The position numbers and the translations under genes were made by a program. From NCBI RefSeq assembly GCF_001194135.2, contig NC_068983.1, positions 66,519,634-66,583,633 on the forward strand: a DNA stretch of 64,000 bases, in the 5' to 3' direction. Under the pieces are notes generated by a model. It was not told the DNA's origin. It searched no databases and saw nothing but the letters and a program-made list of their open reading frames with translations. This document shows, one piece after another, positions 49,573 to 62,870 of this stretch (the first letter of the stretch is position 1; every line of letters begins with the position of its first letter). The stretch comes from Octopus bimaculoides (Eukaryota).

Positions 49573-50393
49573 NNNNNNNNNNNNNNNNNNNNNNNNNNNN
49601 NNNNNNNNNNNNNNNNNNNNNNNNNNNNNNNNNNNNNNNNNNNNNNNNNNNNNNNNNNNNNNNNNNNNNNNNNNNNNNNNNNNNNNNNNNNNNNNNNNNN
49701 NNNNNNNNNNNNNNNNNNNNNNNNNNNNNNNNNNNNNNNNNNNNNNNNNNNNNNNNNNNNNNNNNNNNNNNNNNNNNNNNNNNNNNNNNNNNNNNNNNNN
49801 NNNNNNNNNNNNNNNNNNNNNNNNNNNNNNNNNNNNNNNNNNNNNNNNNNNNNNNNNNNNNNNNNNNNNNNNNNNNNNNNNNNNNNNNNNNNNNNNNNNN
49901 NNNNNNNNNNNNNNNNNNNNNNNNNNNNNNNNNNNNNNNNNNNNNNNNNNNNNNNNNNNNNNNNNNNNNNNNNNNNNNNNNNNNNNNNNNNNNNNNNNNN
50001 NNNNNNNNNNNNNNNNNNNNNNNNNNNNNNNNNNNNNNNNNNNNNNNNNNNNNNNNNNNNNNNNNNNNNNNNNNNNNNNNNNNNNNNNNNNNNNNNNNNN
50101 NNNNNNNNNNNNNNNNNNNNNNNNNNNNNNNNNNNNNNNNNNNNNNNNNNNNNNNNNNNNNNNNNNNNNNNNNNNNNNNNNNNNNNNNNNNNNNNNNNNN
50201 NNNNNNNNNNNNNNNNNNNNNNNNNNNNNNNNNNNNNNNNNNNNNNNNNNNNNNNNNNNNNNNNNNNNNNNNNNNNNNNNNNNNNNNNNNNNNNNNNNNN
50301 NNNNNNNNNNNNNNNNNNNNNNNNNNNNNNNNNNNNNNNNNNNNNNNNNNNNNNNNNNNNNNNNNNNNNNNNNNNNNNNNNNNNNNNNNNNNN

Positions 50394-50685
50394 CGTTGCC
50401 AGTGCCCCTGGACTAGCTCTTGTGCGAGTGGCACATAAAATACACCATTTTGAGCATGGCCGTTGCCAGTACCGCCTGACTGGCCTTCATGCGGGTGACA
50501 CGTAAAATCACTCACTACACTCTCTGAGTGGTTGGTGTTAGGAAGGGCATCCAGCTGTAGAAACTCTGCCAAATCAGATTGGAGCCTGGTGTTGCCATCC
50601 AGCTTCACCAGTCCTCAGTCAAAATCGTCCAACCCATGCTAGCATGGAAAGCGGACGTTAGACGATGATGATGATGATGATGATA
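50394..50685 (+). mobile_element. RTE-tailed SINE with (GAT)n tail
   Basis: Near-identical to 1-244. Confidence 0.9.
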
Positions 50686-50699
50686 TATTCTTTTTTTTA

Positions 50700-51075
50700 T
50701 TTTATTCTTTTATTTGTTTCAGTCATTTGATTGCAGCCATGCCGGAGCATTGTCTTTACTCGAGCAAATTGACCCCTGTACTTATTCTTTGTAAGCCTAA
50801 TACTTATTCTATCAGCCTCTTTTGCCGGACCGATAATTTACGGGAACGTAAACACACCAGCATAGGTTGTCAACTGCTGTTAGGATGACAAACACAGACA
50901 CACAAACATAGAAACACACATATATCTATACGATGGGATTCTTTCAGTTTCTGTCTACCAAATCCTCTCACAAGGCTGTGGTTGGCCCAAGGCTATAGTA
51001 GAAGACAAGGTGTCATGCAGTGGAACTGAACACGGAACCATGTGGTTGGTAAGCAAGCTACTTACCACACAGCTA
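50700..51075 (-). mobile_element. tRNA-derived SINE, near full length
   Basis: Reverse complement of the family at 38293-38965. Confidence 0.85.
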
Positions 51076-51155
51076 CACCTGCACCTATGTATATGTATAG
51101 TTATTTATGTATATATATATATATGTGTATATTTGTGTGTATATGTATATATGTA

Positions 51156-51186
<31 letters not shown>

Positions 51187-51802
51187 NNNNNNNNNNNNNN
51201 NNNNNNNNNNNNNNNNNNNNNNNNNNNNNNNNNNNNNNNNNNNNNNNNNNNNNNNNNNNNNNNNNNNNNNNNNNNNNNNNNNNNNNNNNNNNNNNNNNNN
51301 NNNNNNNNNNNNNNNNNNNNNNNNNNNNNNNNNNNNNNNNNNNNNNNNNNNNNNNNNNNNNNNNNNNNNNNNNNNNNNNNNNNNNNNNNNNNNNNNNNNN
51401 NNNNNNNNNNNNNNNNNNNNNNNNNNNNNNNNNNNNNNNNNNNNNNNNNNNNNNNNNNNNNNNNNNNNNNNNNNNNNNNNNNNNNNNNNNNNNNNNNNNN
51501 NNNNNNNNNNNNNNNNNNNNNNNNNNNNNNNNNNNNNNNNNNNNNNNNNNNNNNNNNNNNNNNNNNNNNNNNNNNNNNNNNNNNNNNNNNNNNNNNNNNN
51601 NNNNNNNNNNNNNNNNNNNNNNNNNNNNNNNNNNNNNNNNNNNNNNNNNNNNNNNNNNNNNNNNNNNNNNNNNNNNNNNNNNNNNNNNNNNNNNNNNNNN
51701 NNNNNNNNNNNNNNNNNNNNNNNNNNNNNNNNNNNNGAGTTTCTACAGCTGGATGCCCTTCCTAACGCCAACCACTCCGATATATATATATATATAATTA
51801 TT

Positions 51803-51837
<35 letters not shown>

Positions 51838-52073
51838 ATATATTATTTATGTATATGTATATATATACATTAATGATAATAATATGACAACAAAAGTATG
51901 AATGAGACCTTGATATTATGTATAAAAGAGAAATTTATCTATAAATATAATATGTGACAATTAGTTGGTTGTCATAATAAAACACAAAGTTTCTGATGCC
52001 GAAATATACACATACAGATATACACACTCATACATACATATACATATATGCATATAAAATATATATATGTGTA

Positions 52074-52136
<63 letters not shown>

Positions 52137-52219
52137 AGATAGATATATGTATAGATAGATAGATAGGTCGACAAACAGACAGACAGACAGATATTTGTGT
52201 ATAATTATATATAAAATGT

Positions 52220-52640
52220 ATCATCACCATTTATTGTCCGTTGTCCATGCTAGCATGCATTGGATGGTTTGACCAGTGCTGGCAAGCTTGAAGGCTGCAC
52301 CAGACTCCAGTCCGATTTCCCATGGTTTCTACAGCTGGATGCTAACCACCCCGAGAGTGTAATGGATGCTTTTTCATGCCACCAGCACAGGTGCCATTTG
52401 TGTGACACCGGTATCTGCCATGACTGTGAATTTACTTGGCTCGATGTGTTTTCTTCTCAAGCATGATATAATCCCAAAGGCCACACAGTGATTGCTTTCC
52501 TGAGAAGCAACAATCCAATGGAGCGTTTCAAGTGAAACTGGCATCAGCCACTTTGCCTCTGTGAGGCCCAATACTCAAAAGGTGGTTTGTATGAGTTACC
52601 AGCACAAGTGCCAGTTACATGGCACCTTCATCAGCCACAG
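52220..52640 (-). mobile_element. RTE-tailed SINE / RTE 3' fragments
   Basis: ccatgctagcatg...ggtttctacagctggatgc...ccactttgcctctgtgaggccc. Confidence 0.65.
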
Positions 52641-52765
52641 CTGCAATTTTACTTGCTATATATATACATATATATGCCTATATATATATGTGTATACATA
52701 TAAATAAGGTATTCCTATATACATATAAATAATGTATACACATATATACATATAAATAATGTATG

Positions 52766-52798
<33 letters not shown>

Positions 52799-54300
52799 NN
52801 NNNNNNNNNNNNNNNNNNNNNNNNNNNNNNNNNNNNNNNNNNNNNNNNNNNNNNNNNNNNNNNNNNNNNNNNNNNNNNNNNNNNNNNNNNNNNNNNNNGG
52901 AAAGTTCACATATGTGCATATTTGTAGACACTGTCATATTGATACTGACATGTAGCAGTTTACTGTGTTAATATGAATCTTGTTAAGTGCCTGCAGAATA
53001 TGAAATTTGTAGTAAACTATCAAAATTTCATTGATAGTGCCTGCTGTGTCATTTGTTATAGCAGTAAATTTAAAATTCTACTCCTGCCATACATATCCTG
53101 GAAATATTGTTAGTGCTACAACAGTTTGGCATACAGTATTCAATATTAGTCATATGTTATGTGCCTGTTACATATCAGTTGTTGCAGTCATTTTCTTTAC
53201 CTTTTCCTGAAAAGGAACAATGTAATTATTTTCATTATATTTTGTTCTATTTTTCTCTTTTCCTATTTAAATTGATTATTCTTTCCTCTTTACACTTATC
53301 TCTCACTTTTCTTTCACATGCTCCGTATACCTCTAGCTTCGACTCATTTGCTTTACACATAACATATAGGTAGTTTTCTTTTACTGTCCATATATTCATG
53401 TATATATTACTGTTAATTTGGAAGCAAATTTAATTGAAATGTTGAGTACATTCTGTGTAGTTCAACAAACGTATTACCATTACCATTTATCTGTCAAAAT
53501 TTGTATTAACCTAAGTAACTATTGACCAGTACAGCTGCAAAATATATGTAGCACGCAATAAATGACTATGTGACATCTAAAATATGTAAATTATTATTCA
53601 GATTATATTTATTACCTCTTCCTTAAATTCTGTACTACTTACTACTGTATCAAATTAAGATCTATTTAATTTTAATATTCCTGTATTCTCTTTGTAGCTT
53701 GCTTTTGCAAATTAAAAAAAAATCTTTATCATTCATTCCTACTCTTTATTTTTTTAAATATCTTATCCTTTTACATCAGCTTATGTAGGAAACCATTCTC
53801 TAATACAGTTTCTTCCTCCGTTATTTGAAATTGTTACTTTGAACAACAATTTTTGAGGGTTTTCAATTCAACAGCTTTGTTTTCCTCATTTTCATTTTCT
53901 TTTATCAATCTTACTTATATCACAAGTATTATTTGCGTAAATATCTCGACTAATCAAACCAAAGATCACTGATTATTAGATCTTCTTTTAAAATTTATCC
54001 CTGGTATTGTCTCTGAACTAATTTTTCTAGTAAACAATATTTTATTTTTTACTTTCACTTTGAATTTATCATTGTTAAGTAAAGTACATTGCTTAGTCAA
54101 ATTTTTCTAATTAAGGCATATGTGTGCATGCACGTATATGTATGCATGTATGTGTGTATAATGAAGATATATATATACTTAAAAATATGTGTGTGTGTAT
54201 ACATACATATATTGGTATATGATATAGATATATATGTATAACATGTATGTATATATCAAATATGTCATATATATTGTATTATATCTATTAAAAATACATG

Positions 54301-54440
54301 TTATATATATTGTATATATGTTGAAATTGTACATATTATATATATTGTATATATGTTGAAATTGTACATATTATATATATTGTATATATGTTGAAATTGT
54401 ACATATTATATATATTGTATATATGTTGAAATTGTACATA
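54301..54440. repeat. 35-bp minisatellite, 4 copies
   Basis: Unit ttatatatattgtatatatgttgaaattgtacata repeated at 54301, 54336, 54371 and 54406. Confidence 0.95.
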
Positions 54441-55919
54441 TTATATAATATGTATTATATAAATATATATCATATATCGTATATAATGTGTGTGTATGTA
54501 TAATAGATATAATATATATGTATATATGTATACATATATACATGTGTGTGTGTGTGTGTATGTGCACACACACTAACACACTCACATATGTATATACACT
54601 CATACACATCTTTATGATAGTGGATGTATCTCGAACTAAATGTCTCCATTTGCTAGTACCATATCCCCATTTCTGACATCAGTCAATGAGGGAACAGATC
54701 TTGTCTTGTATGTGTGTGTGTGTGTGTGTGTGTGTGAATCTAATGAGAGAGTGACTTTGATGTTACACCTTTCAATAATTCAGTAATTTCTGATAACTGT
54801 TAAATTTCAGGAATTTTGAAATCTTTGCAATGATAAAGAAATGTCTTACAGGGAAAAGGCAACAGTATATTCATGATTTATTGCCTGTATTCAAGGTTGT
54901 ATAAAATTCTTGTATTCAGCTGATACAAATATATTTCAAATTGTTTGAAATTGATAATGTATAGATTTGAAAAACAAAGTATCACTAAATTTCAGAAGAT
55001 TTTGGTATTTTAAAGCATATTACTGTAACCTATAGACTTCCATCTTTTATGTATTAAATCTCTGATTATTAGTTTTGAAATATTTACAAATCTCCATTGT
55101 TGCTTTATAATCAGTGTCTATTAATGACCAGTGATAACTGTATTCAAGGTGACTTATAATAAAATCTTTATACATGGGGCTTAGTATTCATACTTTTGTT
55201 TTAGATTTTCTAAAACCATTTCTGTTTCTTCTAATTTAAGATTTTCAAAATGTATGTCAAATTTCTGCTATATTTTAGTCTATTTCACTGTTTTCTAGCA
55301 CTCTTTAAGAAAAAGAGTTCTTTCTTTTCTTCCATTTTATTCAATAAAAGAGAGTAAGAAATAAAGTAAAGTCTTTTCTATTTTTAGAAGGTTCCAAGCT
55401 TTTATCTTGTAGATTCCTTTCTGGAATCCATAATTTTGTCATTTGAAAATATTTCAAAACTCGGTCAACCTCCACTCAGTCACTCGATGGTGTTGGAGAA
55501 TACTTTTCAAGATTCTACTTAAGCTTTTTGCTTCATCACCTCCACTTATTTAGCCATCAACTTTATATCAAAATTCCCTTGATAAACATTTGTGTGAATA
55601 TATGTGTAAATCTTTCACATAGTGCCGACATGATCATATAATTGTACTGATTTATCAAAAGTGAACTGTTTAAGTATAACAAAATATATTATGTCCTTTG
55701 ATTTCAAAGTTATTTGTTAATTTGCTTATAAAAACAATTCTTCTTTTGAAATATCATACTTTTACCCTCAAATAGTAAATTTTGTTAGACATTTTACAGA
55801 TATTTAAAAATATACATTTTAATGAAAGAGAAAAATAGCCTATTTTCATGAACAAATGTTTTATATAATAATAAATTGCAGCAGTTACTTAGTAACATTT
55901 CTTCTGACAGTTTACACTT

Positions 55920-56095
55920 TGAGTTAAAATTCCACTGAAGTTGACTTTGCCTTTCATCTTTTCAGTGTTGATAAGTACCAGTTGAGCATTGGAGTCAATG
56001 TAATTGACGAGCCCCCTTTTCCCAGAATTTCAGGCTTTGTACCCAGTATAGAAAGGGTCATCGCCATCATCATCATCATCATCATCATCATCATT
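55920..56095 (+). mobile_element. SINE with gcctttcatc..gtaccag domain and (CAT)n tail
   Basis: gagttaaaattccactgaagttgactttgcctttcatcttttcagtgttgataagtaccagttg. Confidence 0.7.
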
Positions 56096-56149
56096 ATGGC
56101 AGTGAGCTGGCAGAATCTGTAGCACACTAGACAATTTTATAACTATTAT

Positions 56150-58590
56150 ATGCTCTCTTAGTTAGCAGAGGTGTTGTCTTGAGGTTTGGTTACAAGAAGG
56201 CTCTTCAAATCTCAAGAATCTTTCTTAGATTCTTGCAGAATACAGGATACCACTTTCATACAGGTTGACTATGTAAATCTCAGTTCCAATATCCTTTAGC
56301 TTCTAAGATAGCAGTTTAGGTGTTGTGTCAAGTGCACCAATTAACACATGTATAATTCTCATCTCAGTCTTCCACAATCTCTTCATCTCTATGGCTAGGT
56401 CCTGATAGTTCTCAGTTGCTTTGAATTTCTTTGGTATCCTCTCTGTTTTCTATTGTACAATTTATGATCTTATGCTAGTCATTTTTTTCTTCCTCTATAT
56501 GTCATATTTGATCTACTTGCTTCAGTAGTATGGTCAATACTTATGACGAAATCCTATAAAATCCTCTAATTCTTATTCTCTATCACAACTTTTGGTTTGT
56601 CTTCATACCACTTTTCTGATACATTGAATCCATGTACTTGGTTAACATTTCAGTGCATTCTTTTAACCACTCAGTCATGCCTACACTTATACATTTTTGT
56701 TCTAGGCTACTTCATTCTCCTTTCCCATTGATTCTGCATGTGTTCTCTGACTGAGTTTTACCCTAATAACTCATTCCTAAGTAGCTATAATTAGTAGTTT
56801 GGTTTCTCCTTTTTGATTTCCATCTGTCAACACAACCAACATTGTTTACTTCTAGTATCCTTGGTTTGATGCATGAATTGGCTGTGTAATTCCTTCTCTT
56901 TCCAGCTATTTGATAATTTTTCATAATAATTTTTCATTATCCCAGTATTAATGGTGTCTTCTGTATTTTTAAATCCTCTGCCTTCTTCCTTTCATTGTAG
57001 GTAGGGCCTATCAGTATTACTTTTTGGCTGGTGTGCATTGTGGGTAGCTTTCTAGTTCTTTTATCTAAATTTTGTAGCTCGATCTTTGTCCACTTTAGAA
57101 AGAGAGCAGTGTATCTTAATACTGGCAGAACCTATGTATTTACTGCTTTAATAATATTCCCTCCATTTAATTTTTGTTTTGAGCATCTTCATAATTCTTC
57201 TCATATCCTCTTTGGATATTTTCTCTCTCATTTCTCCCTCCATTATCCTGTCATCTTGCAGCACCCCTAAGTATGTGAATCCCTCATTATTTCTCTGTGA
57301 TCTAATGATGTCTTTATCTTTCAGCCCTCTTTCAGCCATTATTAACACTGCATACTTATTCACCCCCAATATTCTTGCTGAATACTCTTACTATTTGGTA
57401 TAAAGAAACCAGATCTTTCTCACTTTACATGTGTTGTTTGAGGTCACCCTTATGAAGGAGATGATGTATATTTTCTTTAGTTTTGGCAAACTCATAAGCA
57501 GGCCAGAATTTTCTCATTATGCTTGTCAGAGGGATTAATGCAATTTCAAAAAGTAGTGGGAGGAGCAAATCTCTCTGCAATATAGTCTTATGTTTTTTCA
57601 TGTTTCCTAGCCATTCATTTGAACAGGAACAAAAGATTGTGAATCTGGGGTTAAATTTCTACTATATGTGGTATATTGTTGTCTCCTACAGAAACTTTAT
57701 TTATTTCTGTGATATTTCTCTTTCCCTTTTACTCCCTAATTACATTTGAGGCTTATGATTGTTAGTAAATGATATAGTGCTAATTTGGAGGATCTAAATC
57801 TAATGATGTCTTACTTCCAGTGTCAAAACACATTTAAGGCTATGTGAAAATTAATATACCATATTTTCTGGCATACATGACAATGTCTTTCCAAATCCTG
57901 CTGTATTTCACCTGGAGCTTTTGGTTTTTCAAAGTTGTCTTGGTGTATAAGTTAACCGACCTTTTTTTGGCTGTAAATTTCAGTCTGAAAATTTTTACTA
58001 GAATGCTGCAAAATAGAGTATTTCCTAATTTTCTCATGCTTGGTTTCTGTTTAGAACAAAATCATCTATGGGTTTTTACTCTCTCTCTCTCTTGCAAGTT
58101 ACATGGCAACATTACTTTGTGCCAGTGGCATGAAAAAGTTCGCAATACACTCTGTAAAGTGGTTGGTATTAATAAAGTCATCCCCCCACATAGAAGCCAT
58201 GTCAAAGCTGAAACTGGAACACAATGTGGCCTTGTTGCTCCTGTCAAACCATGCAACCCTTGCCGGCATGGAAAGCAGATATTAATGATGTTGAGAATGA
58301 TAATGATGATCTGGACTCTGTCTATAAGAACAATCTTTCCAAACAGATACTGGCATATCATTCTTACATCCATCATCTCTGAGGAATAGACAAGTACATC
58401 ATATTTCCACTGTATTCATTTCTTCTGCATGACTACTCATTCCATAAAGCAAGATACATCAGAAACTTTTCATTGGTGTCCATATCTATTGCTCCTAAAA
58501 ATTTTAGTTAGAATGTTACTACTCTTGATATCAACAAAATTTTCACTTGTGTATCACATAAGATCTAGCAAATTTTCCTCATTTTCATGC
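56150..58590 (-). mobile_element. R4/Dong-like (RLE endonuclease) non-LTR retrotransposon, degraded, with a SINE at 58125-58310
   Basis: LLPLLFEIALIPLTSI (RT), GFTYLGVLQDDRIMEGEMREKI, and ENYQDLAIEMKRLWK...VLIGALDTTPK (RLE C-terminus). Confidence 0.8.
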
Positions 58591-58605
58591 TCCAGTTGAT
58601 ATTAA

Positions 58606-61212
58606 CCCTTTAGTGTCCAAACCGGCCAAAATTAATTCCCCTTTATTTGGTTAAACCGGCCAAATCCAGCAGTATCCGACTGCTCTTTGAAATCGTTAAA
58701 AACAAAAAACAAATCACATTACTGAATTCTTGTAGCTTAGCAATAATGCGAGATGAAGCCTTTCTCACCTTTATTTAAGTATAAATACTGTGAAATTGTT
58801 TAGACCATATGGTTTTTTTCAACGTTTGAAGAGAAGTCTGTACCTTAGTTTTTAATGAAATGGCATCAGCAAGTAGTGATTCCGACTTTGAAGGTTTTAC
58901 TCTTGACGATATAGAAAATATAAATGAAAACAAGAGTATTTTGTCTTTGGATGAATCAGATATCGATATTAGTGAATATTTGTTAGACAAGGAAGATCTT
59001 GAGACCGAAAGTCATAAAAAGGAAAGTGATGAATATGATATCGAAAACATGGCAACATGGTCAAAGATTGCAACACCACTCGCTATTTCTGATTTCACAG
59101 AAAATACTGGTCCACAACACAATTTACTTCCTGATGCTCAACCATTGGACTCTCTATTTTTATTGTTACCAGAAAGTTTTTTTGAAAATGTTATGGAGGA
59201 AACAAACAATTATGCACAATGTATAATTTCTATTCATGGAAGAAACGATCCACTATGGCAGCCAACTTATACTGCGGAATTGAGAGTGTTTTTCACAATC
59301 AATATTATGTTGGGTGTTAAACAGCTTCCTCGACTGGGGAACTACTGGAGTCCTGATATAAGATATGGTGATCCATATATCTCAAGTATAATGTCGAAGA
59401 CGAGGTATTCGGAAATATCTCAGTATTTACATTTAATTGATTCTGCTAATGCCTCCAGCAAAAATGACCCAAACTATGATCCTCTGCACAAAGTACGTCC
59501 TGTAATGGATTTACTCCTTAATAGTTATAAAACTGTGTATCTACCTGGGAAAAATCTCAGTGTAGATGAAGCCATGATAGGCTATAAGGGCAGAGTACAT
59601 TTTCAGCAGTACATGCCTGCCAAACCCACTAAATGGGGGATCAAGGTATGTGAATCAGGCACTGGATATTGTGTAAACTTTGATGTTTACACAGGTAAAA
59701 AATATAATGGAAACAGACCATATGGATTGGGACATGATATAGTATGATCTCTTATTGAACCATTTCACCATCAGCACAGACACCTATATTTTGACTGTTT
59801 TTTTCTTCAGTGGCTTTGGCAGAAAATCTTGCCCATGTAAGTACTTACATGTGCAGTACTGTTATGGGCAACCGTAAAGGTTTACCCCGTGAAATGAAAA
59901 TGAAATTTAAAACAAGGACATTTTACAAATGCAAAAGGAAAATTAGTAGCTACTGCTTTCAAAGACAAAAGACAGATTTTATTTCTGTCTACTAATGAAC
60001 AACCTGGTGTTGGTGTTAAGGGGAAACCCCTAGTGAATATTTGTTATAACAAATATATGGGTGGGGTTGATAAATCTGACCAATATCGGGCATATTACCC
60101 AGTTGGTCAACCTGGGAAGAAATGGTGGAGGTACATTTTGTGGTTTTTAGTTAATTTAACTATAGTTAATTCATATATTGTATATGTAAAATGCCACAAG
60201 GTACCTCTGCCACCAAAGGACCTTGACCATTTGAAATCTTGAGTTGACATTGCATCTCAGTTACGTGGGAGCTTTTCTTCTAGAAAGCACAGAACTGGGA
60301 GAAAGGCAAAATTAATTGAGGTGGATGTCAACAGAGAAAATATTGACTTTCATAAAGTCAAAATGATAAATAGAAGAAAAAAAGTTTGCAGACTGTGTTC
60401 AGTGCAAAAAAGAAAAACTGCAAAAGGGCATCAGATTGAAACTTCGTATATGTGTTCCTTTTGCAAAGTGCTCTTGTGTAAAGGGTGCTTTGGGCAGTTT
60501 CATGACAGAAATATGTCATAACTATATTATTTTGTAACTATATTATTTTATATATTCCTTTTCATTTTATAATAAATAATATGTGAAAGTGAGAAATACA
60601 TATTAATTTTCAGTATGTTACACACCTGTATTCACCTTTGTCTCACCTGTTAATGAGCTATTTTTATTAGATGCATTCTGTTACATAAATGAATTCATTA
60701 AATTGTATAAGAGTACATAGACAATGGTATATTGACTAGTAAAAGTGTTTTGTACTTTATTTTCAATGAAGATGTTTGAATGAAATATAGAGAAAGAATA
60801 AAATCTTGTACCCATTGCACCTGTATTTTAATTAATTCAAATTAATGTACCTCATCTTGAAAAATGTAAAATTATTGGCAGTTCAGATCTGGGATAATTT
60901 TAGTAACAAATCAAACAGGTAAGATGTATTAAGAATATGAATTTTAGTGTTTATTCATGTTATTGTTTTTACACCTGTTAATTAAATTTACTTGCCCATA
61001 AAAGTAAAATTTAATCAGAAAGATCAGTTAAAATTACATAACTATAAACCACTGGCATATAAGCACCCATTTACAAACCTTCAAATCGGTATGTAGGAAA
61101 TTAACAAAGTTACAAGCAAATATTGTGGACATCCCACTTGAACTTGAATAAATCAAAATTAATGTGAACAGATAAGCATTACATTTGACAAATTAATCTG
61201 AACTCTAAAGGT
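58606..61212 (+). mobile_element. piggyBac DNA transposon, about 2.6 kb
   Basis: TTAA at 58602-58605 then ccctttagtgtcca; right end tgaactctaaaggt then TTAA at 61213-61216; repeated subterminal aaccggccaaa; encloses transposase. Confidence 0.9.
58860..60521 (+). pseudogene. piggyBac (PGBD4-like) transposase with a few stops and frameshifts
   Basis: Acidic N-terminus; LSVDEAMIGYKGR, QYMPAKPTKWGIK, LYFDCFF, YNKYMGGVDKSDQ; C-terminal CRLC...CSFCKVLLCKGCF..FH Cys-rich domain. Confidence 0.93.
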
Positions 61213-61349
61213 TTAACTATTCATTTGTCTTATGTAGTATATGTTGGTTGAACTCTATAGCCTTTACTGTATTTTAGAATATATATATATATTTTAAAAT
61301 TGGAGCACTACATACTATGAGCACATCTGAAATAAATTCTCTTAAACAC

Positions 61350-61790
61350 CTGGATAACTCATTAGAAGTAACTAATAAATGTAATTAGCAGGGAAGGTGG
61401 CTGCTCCAACAGTACAGTTACCAAGGTGAGAACAGGTTAAAATTTTCAGGGAGCTTCTACCACTGCTGGTACCAAAAGTGAAGGGCAGAGTTTATGGCAC
61501 TTATGTTAAAACTGCAATGTTGCATAGTAATAAAACATGGGCCTTGAATGTAGACGACATAAGGAAACTGGAAAGAAATGAAGCAAACATACTCTGTTTG
61601 TTGTGCAATGTAAGTGTGAATGAATGACGTAGTACAAGTGTGCTGAAAGAAAAACTCAGCATAAGGAGAATCAGATATAGCATGCAAGAGAGAAAACTAT
61701 GCTGGTAATGTCTGATCGGCTGTACAAAGAAGCACTGATCACTTAATGTGGATGGAATTTACAGGAGAGAGAGAACCAGGAAGACATGTA
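61350..61790 (+). mobile_element. Degraded RTE LINE C-terminal fragment
   Basis: gggagcttctaccactgctgg...gcaatgttgcatagtaataaaacatgggcc...gaaagaaatgaagc, parallel to 7880-8250. Confidence 0.7.
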
Positions 61791-62714
61791 TGTAGTAGTG
61801 AAGGCTGACTTCGGGACCTTGAACCCCTCAGGGAAGATGACCAGGGATTGATATTACTGGTAATATGCAGTTCTCAAGAAGATCCACCCATCTCAGTGAA
61901 ACTAAGTTCTCGAAGGTCTGTTTGTGTGCACATGGACTCTTTGCCTAATTTCCTCCCCTGAGACACTCCCACCACCCATTATCTCTTTAACTGCAGCTTT
62001 TCTTTGATATCACTAATCTTTCTCACTATCTGGAACAATTTCACTTAATACCCCATACCTCAATTTTAATAATGTCTTCCACCCACATTTTACAATGCCC
62101 CATCCCATCTATCAAGTCATTTAACCTTTTCCATCATTATACATCTCTCCATGCTTTATGTCTACCTCTCCTCATTTGCTGTCATAGCCTATGCAACAAC
62201 TCATAATCTCCTTCTCACCCTTTCCTATCTTCTCTTTCATCATCACTATGCTGCCATACTTCACTCCATTCATCATTGATTGTTCCTCATCCACCATTCA
62301 CTACATCCACCCCTCAACCATATCCAATTTCTACAGTAGTAAATTCTTCCCTTCCTCTTCTATTTATCTTTCACTGAATACTTGTTCTGCATTCATTATG
62401 TTCACATACATCCCTCACCCATCTCCTCTCTCCCATACATTCTTACAACATTTATACACCCACACTTCTGGTTCTTTTGCCCTCAATCACTTTTACTCAC
62501 CTTGTGCCTTGACAGTCCACACAGACACCTCATATCCACTAATTTAATCTCTTCCTTGATTCACTCCAATCGCTCCCACCTTCCCTTCTAAAACGTGAGA
62601 AACTGTGTAGCTCCTCTACAGTAAGAAACCTATTTTGCTCTAGCTCTTCTCTCCTACTTTCTAGCATGAAGCTATCTCTCTTGGATTTCATAGTCTTGTG
62701 GGCTGCATGGAAAT

Positions 62715-62870
62715 CTCACTAGTGCTGGTGGCATGACAAAAGAATCCAATATACACTGTAAAGTGGTTGGCATTAGGAAGAGCATCCAGTCATAGAAAGA
62801 ATGCCAAAGTAAACAGTGGAACATGATGCGGTCCTTGGACCTGTTAGTTACTGTCAAACCAACCAGTTAA
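62715..62870 (+). mobile_element. RTE-tailed SINE fragment
   Basis: gtggcatgacaaaagaatccaatatacactgtaaagtggttggcattaggaagagcatccag. Confidence 0.7.

Noticed and set aside
54301-54440. 35-bp repeats as a CRISPR-like array
   Set aside because: No spacers; a plain AT-rich minisatellite in eukaryotic DNA.
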